Shown here: in pieces, positions 19,260-29,611 of the stretch
Layout: each line of letters starts with the position of its first letter
How positions within the stretch are numbered: position 1 is the first letter of the stretch
Origin: Granulicella sp.
GTDB taxonomy: Bacteria; Acidobacteriota; Terriglobia; Terriglobales; Acidobacteriaceae
Direction of reading: 5' to 3'
NCBI GenBank assembly: GCA_027339965.1
Contig: DAHWNL010000062.1
Span: forward strand, 1-36,526
DNA length: 36,526 bases
Program-made: the position numbers and the translations under genes
Notes under the pieces: generated by a model
The model's input: only the letters and a program-made list of their open reading frames with translations
Databases searched by the model: none
What the model was told of the DNA's origin: nothing

Positions 19260-20294
19260 TCAACCGCGCAGAGACAGGACGACCTTGCCGAAGTGAGCGC
19301 CGGACTTCATGTACGCGAGGGCCTCGCGAGCCTGGCTGAAGGGGAAGGTGCGATCGATTACGGGATGGATTTGATTGATCTCAAGGGCGGAGATGAGGCG
19401 AGCGTACATGGCGCGGCTGCCGACGTAGATGCCTTCCGCGTGGATCGCCTTGGTGAGCAGGGGTGTAGGATCGATCGCGCCGCCCTTTCCGGAGAGAACG
19501 CCGATGATGTAGACGCGGCCACCGGGGGCGACGGCCCTGAAGGAGAGCGGAAGTGTCCCTGTGCCGCCCACCTCGCCGGCGCCGCCCACCTCGACGATAT
19601 GGTCCACGCCACGGTTGCCGGTGAGCTGCATCACCTGGCGATCCCACTCCGGGAAGGCGCGGTAGTTGATGGTCTCGTCGGCGCCTAACTGGCGGGCGCG
19701 GGCCAGCTTCTCGTCTGAGGAGCTGGTGATGATGACGCGGGCTCCGTGGGCTTTGGCGATCAGTAGAGCAAAGATCGAGACGCCGCCGGTGCCTTGGAGT
19801 AGAACCGTTTGCCCGGAGTAAAGATGTCCCCTCTCCACCAGAGCGTTCCAGGCAGTAAGGGCGGAGCAGGGAAGGGTCGCTGCTTCCAAATGGGTGTAGC
19901 CTTTGGGAGCGTGGATCAGGCCGCTCTCCGGGAAGATATGCTCGGTGGCGAAGACTCCGTCGATGGAGCCGCCCAGGGCGGATTTGCCGGTGGGCTGGAT
20001 GGGCCCATCGAGCCAGTCCTGGAAGAAGAGGCTGGTGACGTGGTCGCCAACCTGGAACTGCGTGACCTGCGAGCCGATGGCGGCGACCACGCCGGAGGCG
20101 TCCGAACCGGGGATGCGGGGCAGGGCCATCTTCGGGTTGTAAGTTCCCAGGACGGTCATCAGGTCGCGGTAGTTCAGGCTGGCGGCATGGAGTTCCACCA
20201 GCACGTCCTTGGGGCCAAGCTCGGGTAGAGGGACCGTGTCCAATTGGAGATTGTCGATACCGAAGCGATGGATGCGGACGGCGGTGGCGTTCAT
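19260..20294 (-). CDS. NAD(P)-dependent MDR-family oxidoreductase (zinc-type ADH-like)
   Basis: AASLNYRDL, PGSDASG, AATLPCSALTAWNAL, GTGGVS, TSSSDEKL and HFGKVV motifs; ATG 20294 with AAGGA SD. Confidence 0.93.
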   Translation of the reverse strand: MNATAVRIHRFGIDNLQLDTVPLPELGPKDVLVELHAASLNYRDLMTVLGTYNPKMALPRIPGSDASGVVAAIGSQVTQFQVGDHVTSLFFQDWLDGPIQPTGKSALGGSIDGVFATEHIFPESGLIHAPKGYTHLEAATLPCSALTAWNALVERGHLYSGQTVLLQGTGGVSIFALLIAKAHGARVIITSSSDEKLARARQLGADETINYRAFPEWDRQVMQLTGNRGVDHIVEVGGAGEVGGTGTLPLSFRAVAPGGRVYIIGVLSGKGGAIDPTPLLTKAIHAEGIYVGSRAMYARLISALEINQIHPVIDRTFPFSQAREALAYMKSGAHFGKVVLSLRG

Positions 20295-20409
20295 GGAGGT
20301 TCCTTCTGCTGAGTTCTTTCTTCTTGGATTGTTTGGATGCATCCGAGGCAGGAGCGAAGCGGGAGGGAGGACGGGTTGAGCCAAGATCGGCTTCCGGAAC
20401 CGGGAGGGC

Positions 20410-20443
20410 AAAAAAGGAAAAGCCCCAGATCCGGCGCGCCAGA
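20410..20443 (-). terminator. Probable terminator after ilvC
   Basis: Minus strand AGCCCC...GGGGCT hairpin followed by TTTCCTTTTTT. Confidence 0.6.
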
Positions 20444-20479
20444 ACGGGGGCTGGGGTGATCCTGCGGGAGAGTCCGGAG

Positions 20480-21505
20480 TCAGGCCTTGACGACGGCTCC
20501 GTTGACGACCTTGACGGGATCCAGGAAGGGCATGCCCGCGCGCAGTTCAGCGCCCACCTTTTCAATGGGGTGGTGGCGCTCCAGGGCCCGGAAGGCCTCA
20601 AACTGCTTGCGGCCGCTGTTCTGATCCTCAATGAAGCGCTGGGCGAAGGCTCCGGACTGGATGTCGGCCAGCAGGCCTTTCATGGCTTGCTTGACGGCGG
20701 GCGTGACGATGCGCGGTCCGGCGATGTAGTCGCCCCACTCGGCGGTGTCGGAGATGGAGTAGCGCATGTACTCCAGTCCACCGCGGTACATCAGGTCCAC
20801 GATGAGCTTCAACTCGTGCAGCACCTCGAAGTAAGCCAGTTCTGGCTGGTAGCCGGCCTCGGTGAGCACCTCAAAGCCGGCCTTGACCAGGGCTGCCGTG
20901 CCCCCGCACAGAACGGCCTGCTCGCCAAAGAGGTCTGTCTCCGTCTCCTCAGTGAAGGTGGTCTGGAGAACGCCCGCACGGGTGCAGCCGATGCCCTTGG
21001 CATAGGAGAGCGCCAGGGGCAGGGCGGTGCCGCTGGCGTCCTGCTCGACGGCGACCAGAGCGGGGACGCCGCCACCTTCGGCGAAGATCTCACGCACGCG
21101 GTGGCCGGGGGCCTTGGGAGCGACCAGCGAGACATCGGCGGTGGGCGGCGGGTTGATGGTGCGGAAGCGGATGTTGAAGCCGTGCGCGAACATCAGGGTC
21201 ACGTTGGGCTTCATGTTGGGCGTGATCTCATCGTGATAGACCTTGGCCGCAGTCTGGTCAGGGACCAGATTCATGATGACGTCAGCCCATCGGGAGGCTT
21301 CGGCGACGGATTGAACCATCAAACCGGCCAGTTCAGCCTTCCGGGCGTTGGGAGAGCCGGGGCGAAGCCCCACGCGGACTTCGACGCCGGAGTCCTTGAG
21401 GTTGAGGGCGTGGGCGTGACCCTGGGAGCCGTAGCCGATGATGGCTACCTTCTTTGCCTGGATGAGGGAGAGGTCTGCGTCTGCGTCGTGGTACGTCTTT
21501 GCCAT
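20480..21505 (-). CDS. ilvC: Ketol-acid reductoisomerase
   Basis: [49 protein letters not shown] and SISDTAEWG motifs. Confidence 0.98.
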   Translation of the reverse strand: MAKTYHDADADLSLIQAKKVAIIGYGSQGHAHALNLKDSGVEVRVGLRPGSPNARKAELAGLMVQSVAEASRWADVIMNLVPDQTAAKVYHDEITPNMKPNVTLMFAHGFNIRFRTINPPPTADVSLVAPKAPGHRVREIFAEGGGVPALVAVEQDASGTALPLALSYAKGIGCTRAGVLQTTFTEETETDLFGEQAVLCGGTAALVKAGFEVLTEAGYQPELAYFEVLHELKLIVDLMYRGGLEYMRYSISDTAEWGDYIAGPRIVTPAVKQAMKGLLADIQSGAFAQRFIEDQNSGRKQFEAFRALERHHPIEKVGAELRAGMPFLDPVKVVNGAVVKA

Positions 21506-21603
21506 GTGGGATCTTCTTTCCTTCGAGTTATGCCGAGTTCGTGCCGATTTGTGGTTAGTGTAGCGAATTGACGGTTTCGATGTTGCAGGATGAGGTTTGG
21601 AGG

Positions 21604-22224
21604 TTACTCCTCAAAGGCTCCGGGGAGAGTCTCATTGCCGGGCAGGGCATCCGGATCCTTCGTGGGGAGTTCTGAGAGATCAGGGCTCTGCCGGGTCCCC
21701 AGCGCCTGGAGAACGCGGCTGGTGTGGTGGCCTCGCCGCATGGCCATCCGCCCGGTGCGGGAGACTTCCAGAACGGTGTAGCCGGACTCGCGGAGCACCT
21801 GGAGCAGACCTTCGATCTTGCTGGCCGAACCAGTCATCTCCAGCATGATGGACTCCGGGGCCAGATCGACGACGCGGGCGCGGAAGACCTGCGAGAGCTC
21901 GAAGATCTGGGAGCGGGAGTGAAGGCCGTGGGGATGGCTGGGACCGGCCGCAACCTTGATCAGGCACAGCTCGCGCACCACAGCATCCGTGCGGTTGACC
22001 TCGTCGACGCTGATGGTGGTCTCCAGTTTGTACAGCGAAGCGCGGATGCGATCCGCTGCGTTCTCGTGCGCGTCGCAGACGATGGTCATGCGCGAGGTCT
22101 CCGCACGTTCACTCTCGCCGACGGTCAGCGAGACGATGTTGATGTTGAGGCGGCGAAAGAGGCTAGCGACGCGGGTCAGCACGCCAGGTCTGTCTTGAAC
22201 CAGAGCAATGAAGGTGTGCAGCAT
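21604..22224 (-). CDS. ilvN: Acetolactate synthase small (regulatory) subunit
   Basis: ACT domain [38 protein letters not shown] and EVSRTG motifs; lies between ilvB and ilvC. Confidence 0.95.
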   Translation of the reverse strand: MLHTFIALVQDRPGVLTRVASLFRRLNINIVSLTVGESERAETSRMTIVCDAHENAADRIRASLYKLETTISVDEVNRTDAVVRELCLIKVAAGPSHPHGLHSRSQIFELSQVFRARVVDLAPESIMLEMTGSASKIEGLLQVLRESGYTVLEVSRTGRMAMRRGHHTSRVLQALGTRQSPDLSELPTKDPDALPGNETLPGAFEE

Positions 22225-22334
22225 AAGGAACCTCAGAGAACAGCTTGAAAACGGTAGATAGCGGAGGGATTCAGGATGGCCAAGGCGAGAGTGGGCCGGA
22301 GCTTTAAGGCGCCGACCGCCTCTCGAAGGCTCTT

Positions 22335-24095
22335 TTAGGGCTCCTCCGGCAGCTCGATCAGGGGATCGTGCTGTGGGCGGCGAAGCATCTCATGGAGAGC
22401 GCTTCCGGGAGTGATCATCGGGTAGACTCCGTCCTCCTTTTCCACCTGGAATTCGATGAGGAAGGGCTTGCCGCTGCTGCGGGCGAGCCTGGCGTTGGGA
22501 ATCACGTCGGCCCGCTTGTTGACGGTGGCCCCGGCGATGCCGTGAGCCGCGGCCAGAAGAACGAAGTTGGGCGAAAGAATGGGGCTGGAGGCGTAGTTCT
22601 TTTCGTAGATGGTCTCCTGCCACTGCCGGACCATGCCGAGAAATCCGTTGTTGATCACGGCGATGTTGATGGCCAGGCCTTCCTGCACGATGGTGGAGAG
22701 TTCGGCGGCCGTCATCTGGAAGCCGCCATCGCCGGCGATGACCCAGACGTCTTTTCCCGGGCAGGCCACCTTGGCGCCGATGGCCGCGGGAAGCGCGAAA
22801 CCCATGGTTCCAAGGCCGCCGGAGGTGATCAGGGAACGAGGGGCGTGGTGTTTGAAGTACTGCGCTTCCCACATCTGGTGCTGGCCCACGTCGGTGACGA
22901 TGATGGTCTGCTCCAGGCGACCGGCGGCGGCGGCCTCATGCCAGATGTCGTTGATGACGTGCGCAGCGTAGAGATGGCCATTGTCGGGCAGGTTGATGAT
23001 GTCTCGTACCGAAGCATTCCCTTTGCCGGCGTTGATCTGCTTGAGCCATTCGGACCCATGCGATTCGAGTGGCCGGGGGTGGGTCTCCAGCAGAGGCATC
23101 AGCAGGCTGAGCACCTCTTTCAGGTCGCCGATGAGGGCAACATCCACGCGAACGTTCTTGTTGATCTCCGAAGGGTCGATCTCGACGTGGATCTTCTTCG
23201 AGTCGGGGGAGTATTTGGTAAGGTTGCCGGTAACCCGGTCATCGAACCGCATGCCAAAGGCCAGCAGAAGGTCGGCCTGCTGGATGGCGTTGTTGACCCA
23301 GGACTCGCCGTGCATTCCCATCATGCCCAGGCAAAGCGGATGCTCGGCCGGGACGGCACCGAGCCCGAGCAACGTGCTGGCGATGGGAATCTGGTGCGCC
23401 TCGGCCAGGGCCAGCACCTCTTTTTCAGCGCCGGCCGCGACAACTCCATGGCCGGCCAGGATGATCGGCCTTTTGGCCTGCAGGATGAGAGTCACAGCCT
23501 CCTGCATGGAGGAGGATTCGGCGCGGAGCATGGGGTGTGGCCGATAGGGAAGGGGCTTGGCGGCGTCGAAGTCGAAGGTGGCTGCGGCTTGTTGTGCGTC
23601 CTTGGTGATATCCACCAGGACCGGACCGGGGCGGCCGGAGCGGGCGATCTGAAGGGCCTCGCGCACGGCGGGGGCGATCTGTTCGGCGCGCGTGACCAGA
23701 AAGTTGTGCTTAGTGATGGGCAGGGTGATTCCGGTGATGTCGATCTCCTGGAAGGCGTCCGTTCCCAGAACCTTGGAGGAGACCTGGCCGGTGATGGCGA
23801 CGATGGGGATGCTGTCCATCATGGCCGTGGCCAGGCCGGTGACCAGGTTGGTGGCCCCAGGTCCAGAGGTAGCCATGCAGACGCCGACCCTCCCCGTGGC
23901 GCGTGCGTAGCCATCCGCCATGTGAGCGGCGGACTGCTCATGCCGGACCAGGACGTGATGCAGATTTGGAAACTTGCGCAGAACGTCGTAGACAGGGAGG
24001 ATGGCTCCGCCGGGATATCCGAAGACGGTGGTGACGCCTTCGCCGGCCAGGGTGGCCAACAGGATCTCGGAGCCGGTCAAGGTGGGGTGAGTCAT
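22335..24095 (-). CDS. ilvB: Acetolactate synthase large subunit
   Basis: VFGYPGGAILP, RHEQSAAHMADGYAR, TSGPGATN, TDVGQHQMW and GDGGFQM..NN (TPP) motifs. Confidence 0.98.
   Translation of the reverse strand: MTHPTLTGSEILLATLAGEGVTTVFGYPGGAILPVYDVLRKFPNLHHVLVRHEQSAAHMADGYARATGRVGVCMATSGPGATNLVTGLATAMMDSIPIVAITGQVSSKVLGTDAFQEIDITGITLPITKHNFLVTRAEQIAPAVREALQIARSGRPGPVLVDITKDAQQAAATFDFDAAKPLPYRPHPMLRAESSSMQEAVTLILQAKRPIILAGHGVVAAGAEKEVLALAEAHQIPIASTLLGLGAVPAEHPLCLGMMGMHGESWVNNAIQQADLLLAFGMRFDDRVTGNLTKYSPDSKKIHVEIDPSEINKNVRVDVALIGDLKEVLSLLMPLLETHPRPLESHGSEWLKQINAGKGNASVRDIINLPDNGHLYAAHVINDIWHEAAAAGRLEQTIIVTDVGQHQMWEAQYFKHHAPRSLITSGGLGTMGFALPAAIGAKVACPGKDVWVIAGDGGFQMTAAELSTIVQEGLAINIAVINNGFLGMVRQWQETIYEKNYASSPILSPNFVLLAAAHGIAGATVNKRADVIPNARLARSSGKPFLIEFQVEKEDGVYPMITPGSALHEMLRRPQHDPLIELPEEP
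24003..24081 (-). repeat. Direct repeat copy A (5' end of intact ilvB)
   Basis: 79 bp matching 25375-25453 with 4 mismatches. Confidence 0.95.
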
Positions 24096-24128
24096 GTTTA
24101 CGCTGCCTTTCTGTGCGGCATTGAACCT

Positions 24129-25289
24129 CTATCGAGATTCGGGGCTCAAGTGTTGCGGTAAATTTTCAGCCAGCCTCTGCTTGTGATTGTTGTATAGCCG
24201 CGTGAGAGCCCGGCGGGCTGGAAGGTCGATGTGCTCGCCAACTTGCCATGCGGCGGCGGCTAGAGCCAGGACGAAGCATGGGACTAGTAGGCGAAGGATA
24301 GTGGGATGTTCAGCCATGAGGCGATGGAAATGCTGGGTATTCATCAGGAGAATAAACGGGAAGTGCAATAGATAGAGCGGGTAGGAAAGTTCGCCGAGTG
24401 CCGTTGCAAACCGCGCAAAGGCATGGGGCAATTGAGCCCGAGCGCCGTAATACACAATGAGGGGAAAGCAGACAGCAACACCGATAAGTTGAGGGACTCC
24501 CGCGCGCATCCACGGCAGAGGCGCGCTGAGGATGAGCAGCAGCGCCATAGAGACGACGCAAGCCGAAAATGATCGCGACTCGCGTTCTTTTGTGTGGGCA
24601 TGATGTCGACGATAGGCGCGATGGACCAGGACTCCGATAAAGAAGGAGAAAGCTACGCGAGGGAAGCCCAGGCCGAACCCGGCCGGCTGGGAGCCAAAAT
24701 CCAGCGGCCGGCCGCGGAGCGCAACACTTTCGAATAGTGGAGCAAAGCTAACCACAACGACGCTGAGAATCACAAACGTGCGCGACAAGCGAAGTCTGAC
24801 GAGCAGAGCGTATGCAAGATTGGCCACGATCTCGTAGAAAATGGACCAGGCCGGAACGTCGAGGGGGTAGTTGAACGAGTGGTTAGCGGTCGAAAGACAG
24901 GTGGGCCATAGGAATGTCGCCAGGAAAGTCAAGAAGACCCACGGAGAGAAGAACGCCCAGGACCAACCGCGGTGGGATGCGAAATGAGCGGTGAAGGCTC
25001 CTAGAGAGAGTCCGAGGAGCGACCCGGCAGCATAAATTGGGTACAGGCGTATCAAACGAGCGACCGCAAAATCTTTGAAGGAAACGTTGCTGGCGAGCCT
25101 GCCTTCGTAGGAGAACGCAATTACAAAGCCGCTAAGGCAGAAGAAAAAATCGACTGCCAAAGGGCCCTGGGCTGAGAGTGGAGATGTCATCTGCCTGGGT
25201 AGGTGAAATGCAACGACAAACAAAGCGGCAATGCCGCGAAGAGCGTCCAGGACGACGAATCTGTGGCTCCTGGGAGGAGTAATGTGCAT
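24129..25289 (-). CDS. Acyltransferase-3 (OafA/AT3 family) membrane O-acyltransferase, no SGNH domain
   Basis: LDALRGIAALFVVAFH, AVDFFFCLSGFVI, RLIRLYP, WSIFYE and LGELSYPLYLLHFP motifs; about 10 TM; ATG 25289 with GAGGGAG SD. Confidence 0.92.
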   Translation of the reverse strand: MHITPPRSHRFVVLDALRGIAALFVVAFHLPRQMTSPLSAQGPLAVDFFFCLSGFVIAFSYEGRLASNVSFKDFAVARLIRLYPIYAAGSLLGLSLGAFTAHFASHRGWSWAFFSPWVFLTFLATFLWPTCLSTANHSFNYPLDVPAWSIFYEIVANLAYALLVRLRLSRTFVILSVVVVSFAPLFESVALRGRPLDFGSQPAGFGLGFPRVAFSFFIGVLVHRAYRRHHAHTKERESRSFSACVVSMALLLILSAPLPWMRAGVPQLIGVAVCFPLIVYYGARAQLPHAFARFATALGELSYPLYLLHFPFILLMNTQHFHRLMAEHPTILRLLVPCFVLALAAAAWQVGEHIDLPARRALTRLYNNHKQRLAENLPQHLSPESR

Positions 25290-25371
25290 GACTCCCTCGC
25301 TCTTGGAAAGAGCGGCGCCGCTCGAATTTGGGGACAAAGTCCTCATAACTGTGCGTTGGCTGTTTCCTGGC

Positions 25372-25482
25372 CTAGGCTCCGCCGGGATATCCGAAGACGG
25401 TCGTGACGCCTTCGCCGGCCAGCGTGACCAACAGGTTCTCGGAGCCGGTCAAGCTAGGGTTTGGGGTGATGCTGTCAGCCAT
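25372..25482 (-). pseudogene. ilvB 5' stub (36 codons) containing direct repeat copy B (25375-25453)
   Basis: MADSITPNPSLTGSENLLVTLAGEGVTTVFGYPGGA*, versus intact MTHPTLTGSEILLATLAGEGVTTVFGYPGGAI. It has its own GGAGAG SD and follows ilvD. Confidence 0.92.
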
Positions 25483-25585
25483 GGCGTTCTCTCCTGTCTC
25501 TCCGCTTTGTTCCGTGATGCTGCTTGGTGCTGCGGTTGCGGTGGTGGGGGGGCTTACGCCCCGGTTCGGTGGGACGTGGTGAGGG

Positions 25586-27316
25586 CTAGGTGGTGACGGC
25601 GCCATGGCTGGCGCTGCGCACGGAGTGGGCGTATTTGGCGAAGATGCCTCGCTGGTAGCGGAGAGGCGGAGGCTGGATAGCTCGCAGGCGAGCGGCGATC
25701 TCTTCGTCAGCAATGTTGAGGCTCAGCTTGCGGGTGGGGATATCAAAGGTGATGGTGTCTCCCTCACGCACGGCAGCGATGGGTCCGCCGAGTTGTGCTT
25801 CGGGGCTGACGTGGCCGGCCATGAGGCCGTGGGTAGCGCCGGAGAAGCGGCCGTCGGTGAGCAGGGCGACGGTCTTGGAGAGCGCGGGGATGCCTTTAAT
25901 GGCTGCGGTGACGGCCAGCATTTCGCGCATGCCGGGTCCGCCGCGGGGGCCCTCGTAGCGGATCACAAGGACGTCGTTGGGTTGGATCCGGCCGGCTTCC
26001 ACAGCCTGAAAACAGGCGTCCTCGCTGTCAAAGACGCGAGCCGTTCCGGTGTGATGCAGGCGCTCATGGCCGGCCACCTTGACCACGCAACCCTCGGGGG
26101 CCAGATTGCCCTTGAGAATGACCAGCCCTCCCGTGCTCTTGAGCGGGCTGGACCAGTCGTGAATGACCTGTTGGCCAGGCGTTTCCTGGGCTGAGGCGGC
26201 CTCTTGGCGCAGGGTCTGGCCGGTGACGGTGGGGGTTTCGCCGTGCAGCAGGCCCTTGTCGAGCAGCCGTTTGGCCAGCAGACGGCTGCCGCCGGCATCC
26301 TGATAGTCCTTGGCCACGTACTTTCCGCCAGGGGTCATATCGCAGATGAGAGGCGTGCCTTGGGAGATGCGGTCGAAGTCGTCGACGCTGAGCGGGATGT
26401 TGCATTCGTTGGCGATGGCGATCAGATGCAGGACGGCGTTGGTGCTGCCGCCGGAGGCGCAGACTGCGGCGATGGCGTCTTCCAGGGAGTCCCGGGTGAT
26501 GATCTGGGACGGTTTCAGGCCCTTGCGGACGAGCTCCATCACCAGACGGCCGGCCTGCCGGGAGGCCTCTTTCTTCTCCGGGCTCATGGCCGGGACACCG
26601 GTGAGTTGGATGGGCGAGATACCCAGGAACTCCCCTGCCATGGCCATGGTGTTGGCGGTGAACTGGCCGCCGCAGGCTCCGGGTCCGGGACAGGCGGAGG
26701 CCTCCACGGCCTCCAGCTGCGCGTCATTGATGGTGCCGGCCGCATGAGCGCCGATGGCCTCAAAGACCGTCTGAATAGTGATGTCGATCTGCTTGCCGGC
26801 CGTGCCTGGAGATGTGCCGGGCAGGGGCTTTCCGTCTTCGCCGATGAGAAGGTGGCCGGGCTGGATGGAGCCGCCGTAGAGCATCATGCCGGGGATGTCC
26901 AGGCGAGCCAGGGCCATGATGGCTCCGGGCATGTTTTTGTCGCAACCGGCGATGCAGAGCAGGCCGTCAAAGGAGTTGCCGTGCGTGACCAGTTCGATGG
27001 AGTCGGCGATGACCTCGCGCGAGATCAGCGAGGCCTTCATTCCCTCAGTACCCATGGTGATGCCGTCGGAGATGGTGATGGTGTTGAACTCCATGGGTGT
27101 TCCACCGGCATCGCGGATGCCCTGCTTGACAGCTGCGGAGATCTCACGCAGGTGAAAGTTGCAGGGCCCGATCTCGGTCCAGGTATTGGCGATGCCGATG
27201 ATGGGCTTGCGCAGGTCCTCCGGGGAGAAGCCGACCCCGCGTAGCATGGCGCGGGCTCCGGCGCGGTGGGGGCCTTCGGTGAGGACATTGGAGTGAGTTT
27301 TGCCGGTGGTGATCAT
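25586..27316 (-). CDS. ilvD: Dihydroxy-acid dehydratase
   Basis: GPCNFHL, SDGITMG, GCDKNMPG, GACGGQFTANTM, GGSTNAVLHL, RYEGPRGGPGMREML and TDGRFSG motifs. Confidence 0.98.
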   Translation of the reverse strand: MITTGKTHSNVLTEGPHRAGARAMLRGVGFSPEDLRKPIIGIANTWTEIGPCNFHLREISAAVKQGIRDAGGTPMEFNTITISDGITMGTEGMKASLISREVIADSIELVTHGNSFDGLLCIAGCDKNMPGAIMALARLDIPGMMLYGGSIQPGHLLIGEDGKPLPGTSPGTAGKQIDITIQTVFEAIGAHAAGTINDAQLEAVEASACPGPGACGGQFTANTMAMAGEFLGISPIQLTGVPAMSPEKKEASRQAGRLVMELVRKGLKPSQIITRDSLEDAIAAVCASGGSTNAVLHLIAIANECNIPLSVDDFDRISQGTPLICDMTPGGKYVAKDYQDAGGSRLLAKRLLDKGLLHGETPTVTGQTLRQEAASAQETPGQQVIHDWSSPLKSTGGLVILKGNLAPEGCVVKVAGHERLHHTGTARVFDSEDACFQAVEAGRIQPNDVLVIRYEGPRGGPGMREMLAVTAAIKGIPALSKTVALLTDGRFSGATHGLMAGHVSPEAQLGGPIAAVREGDTITFDIPTRKLSLNIADEEIAARLRAIQPPPLRYQRGIFAKYAHSVRSASHGAVTT

Positions 27317-27433
27317 GTTCCCTCTGAAATCCGTTCTCTGAAATCCATTGTCTGGGCGCCCTGGAAAGGGGCGGGGGATGGGGGCTTGCCGGGACGGCGC
27401 CGCCAGCAGCGGCAGAGCACCATCCCGACCGGT

Positions 27434-28069
27434 TCAAGCGTTCTGCGGCTTCGGGTCAAGCCAAAATGCATGCCGGCGCTGGGACTCGTAGGCGTTGAGT
27501 TTGTCCTCATGCAGCAGGGTCAGGCCGATGTCGTCCAGGCCGTTCAGCAGGCAGTGCTTGCGAAACGGGTCCATGGGGAAGCCGGCCCGGAAGCCCTGCT
27601 CGTCACTGACGGTCTGCGCCTCCAGGTTAACCGTGATGCGATACCGGGGATTGCTGGTGCAGCGTTCGAGGAGGGTTTGCACCTCAGCCTCGCTGAGCGC
27701 AGCCAGGATGATGCCGTTCTTGCCGGCGTTGGAGAAGAAGATATCCGCGAAGGAGGGGGCGATGACGGCGCGGAAGCCAAACTGAGCGATGGCCCAGGCG
27801 GCGTGCTCGCGGGAGGATCCGCAGCCGAAGTTGCGCTCCGCGATCAGGATCTGCGCGCCGCTGTACTCAGGCTTGTTGAGCACGAAACCGGGGTCAGGCT
27901 TGCCGGCATCCGGCCCTTCCTGGATGCGCCGCCAGTCGTAGAAGAGAAAGTCTTCGTAGCCGGTGCGCTCGATGCGCTTGAGAAACTGCTTGGGGATGAT
28001 CTGATCGGTGTCAATGTTGGGCAGCGGCAGCGGCGCGGCGATTGAGGTGAGGATGTTGATGGGTTGCAT
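27434..28069 (-). CDS. leuD: 3-isopropylmalate dehydratase small subunit
   Basis: NIDTDQIIPKQFL, NFGCGSSREHA, SFADIF and GLDDIGLTL motifs. Confidence 0.98.
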   Translation of the reverse strand: MQPINILTSIAAPLPLPNIDTDQIIPKQFLKRIERTGYEDFLFYDWRRIQEGPDAGKPDPGFVLNKPEYSGAQILIAERNFGCGSSREHAAWAIAQFGFRAVIAPSFADIFFSNAGKNGIILAALSEAEVQTLLERCTSNPRYRITVNLEAQTVSDEQGFRAGFPMDPFRKHCLLNGLDDIGLTLLHEDKLNAYESQRRHAFWLDPKPQNA

Positions 28070-28162
28070 GTTCGCTCTCTGTTCTCTGTGGGTTGGATCC
28101 GTGGGTTCGATGGGGTTGGGTGGGGTGAAGGCTGGAGTCCCGCTCAGGGCTTCGCCCGCTGT

Positions 28163-29602
28163 TCAAGGTTTGAAGCGCCAGTTCCTGACATCCGTGAAGT
28201 GACCGGTGATGGCGGCGGCGGCGGCCATGGCGGGCGAGAGCAGGTGGGTGCGGCCGCCACGGCCCTGGCGTCCCTCAAAGTTGCGGTTGGAGGTGGAGGC
28301 GCAGCGTTCTCCGGGGGACAGAATGTCAGGATTCATGCCCAGGCACATCGAACAGCCGGGCTCGCGCCACTCGAAGCCGGCGGATTTGAAGATGCGGTCC
28401 AGCCCCTCGGCTTCCGCCTGGCGTTTGACCGCCTGCGAACCCGGGACGACCATCGCCCGAACCGCGCCGTCCACGTGATAGCCGTTTACTACCTTGGCCG
28501 CGGCGCGCAGATCTTCAATGCGCCCATTGGTGCAGGAGCCGAGGAAGACGGCGTCTACCTTGATCTCCTGAATGGGCGTTCCGGGCCGGATGCCCATGTA
28601 CTCGTAGGCGCGGGCAAAGGACTTCCGGTCCGCCTCCGTGCGGGCATGGTCGAGGCTGGGAACCGAGGAATCGATGGAGGTGACCATGCCGGGGGAGGTT
28701 CCCCAGGTGACGGAGGGAGCCAGACTGGTGGCGTCAATGTGCAACTCGCGATCGTAGGCGGCGCCGGGGTCGGTAGCCAGCGAACGCCAATGGGCGACCG
28801 CCTGATCCCAGGCCGCGCCTTTGGGCGCGAAGCGCCGGCTGTTGAGATAGGCGAAGGTGGTCTCATCGGGGGCGATCATGCCGGCGCGGGCGCCGGCCTC
28901 AATGCTCATGTTGCAGACGGTCATGCGGCCCTCCATGGAGAGAGCACGGATGGCCGAGCCGGCGTACTCGATGACGTAGCCGGTGGCGCCGTCTGTGCCG
29001 ATGCGGCCGATGATGTCGAGGATGATGTCCTTGGCCGTGACGCCTGCGGGCAGAGAGCCGTTGGGTCCGCCTTCCACCTGAATCAGAAAGGATTTGGGCT
29101 TGGACTGGGGCAGCGTCTGGGTGGCCATCACATGCTCGACCTCACTGGTGCCGATGCCGAAGGCCAGAGCGCCAAAGGCGCCATGGGTACTGGTGTGGCT
29201 GTCGCCGCAGACGATGGTCATGCCCGGCTTGGTGAGGCCCAGCTCGGGTCCGATCATGTGCACAATGCCCTGATCCGCATCCTGCACATCGAACAGTTCG
29301 ATGCCAAAGTCAGCGCAGTTCTTGCGCAGGGCGCTGACCTGGGCGTTGGCGATCTGGTCGGCAATGACCAGGCGGTCGGCGATGGAGGTGGTGGGTACGT
29401 TGTGATCGACGGTGGCGACATGGCGCTCCGGATGACGAAGGGGACGGCCGCTGAGGCGCAGTCCCTCGAAGGCCTGCGGGCTGGTGACCTCATGGACGAG
29501 CTGGAGGTCGATGTAGACGATGGTGGGCTCGCCAGCGGGCTCGGTGACCACGTGCTGCTGCCAGACCTTCTCAAACATGGTGTGGGGAGTTGATTTGCTC
29601 AT
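28163..29602 (-). CDS. leuC: 3-isopropylmalate dehydratase large subunit
   Basis: [47 protein letters not shown] and [11 protein letters not shown] motifs. Confidence 0.98.
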   Translation of the reverse strand: MSKSTPHTMFEKVWQQHVVTEPAGEPTIVYIDLQLVHEVTSPQAFEGLRLSGRPLRHPERHVATVDHNVPTTSIADRLVIADQIANAQVSALRKNCADFGIELFDVQDADQGIVHMIGPELGLTKPGMTIVCGDSHTSTHGAFGALAFGIGTSEVEHVMATQTLPQSKPKSFLIQVEGGPNGSLPAGVTAKDIILDIIGRIGTDGATGYVIEYAGSAIRALSMEGRMTVCNMSIEAGARAGMIAPDETTFAYLNSRRFAPKGAAWDQAVAHWRSLATDPGAAYDRELHIDATSLAPSVTWGTSPGMVTSIDSSVPSLDHARTEADRKSFARAYEYMGIRPGTPIQEIKVDAVFLGSCTNGRIEDLRAAAKVVNGYHVDGAVRAMVVPGSQAVKRQAEAEGLDRIFKSAGFEWREPGCSMCLGMNPDILSPGERCASTSNRNFEGRQGRGGRTHLLSPAMAAAAAITGHFTDVRNWRFKP

Positions 29603-29611
29603 ATTGATTCG

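Noticed and set aside
25372..25713. 113-aa ORF in the track ending in GYPGGA
   Set aside because: The upstream part overlaps ilvD out of frame; only the portion from ATG 25482, which has an SD, is meaningful.
27313..27348. 11-codon ORF MDFRERISEGT overlapping the ilvD start, built on a CTCTGAAATCC tandem repeat
   Set aside because: No BCAA codon cluster or terminator, so not an attenuator leader; likely incidental.
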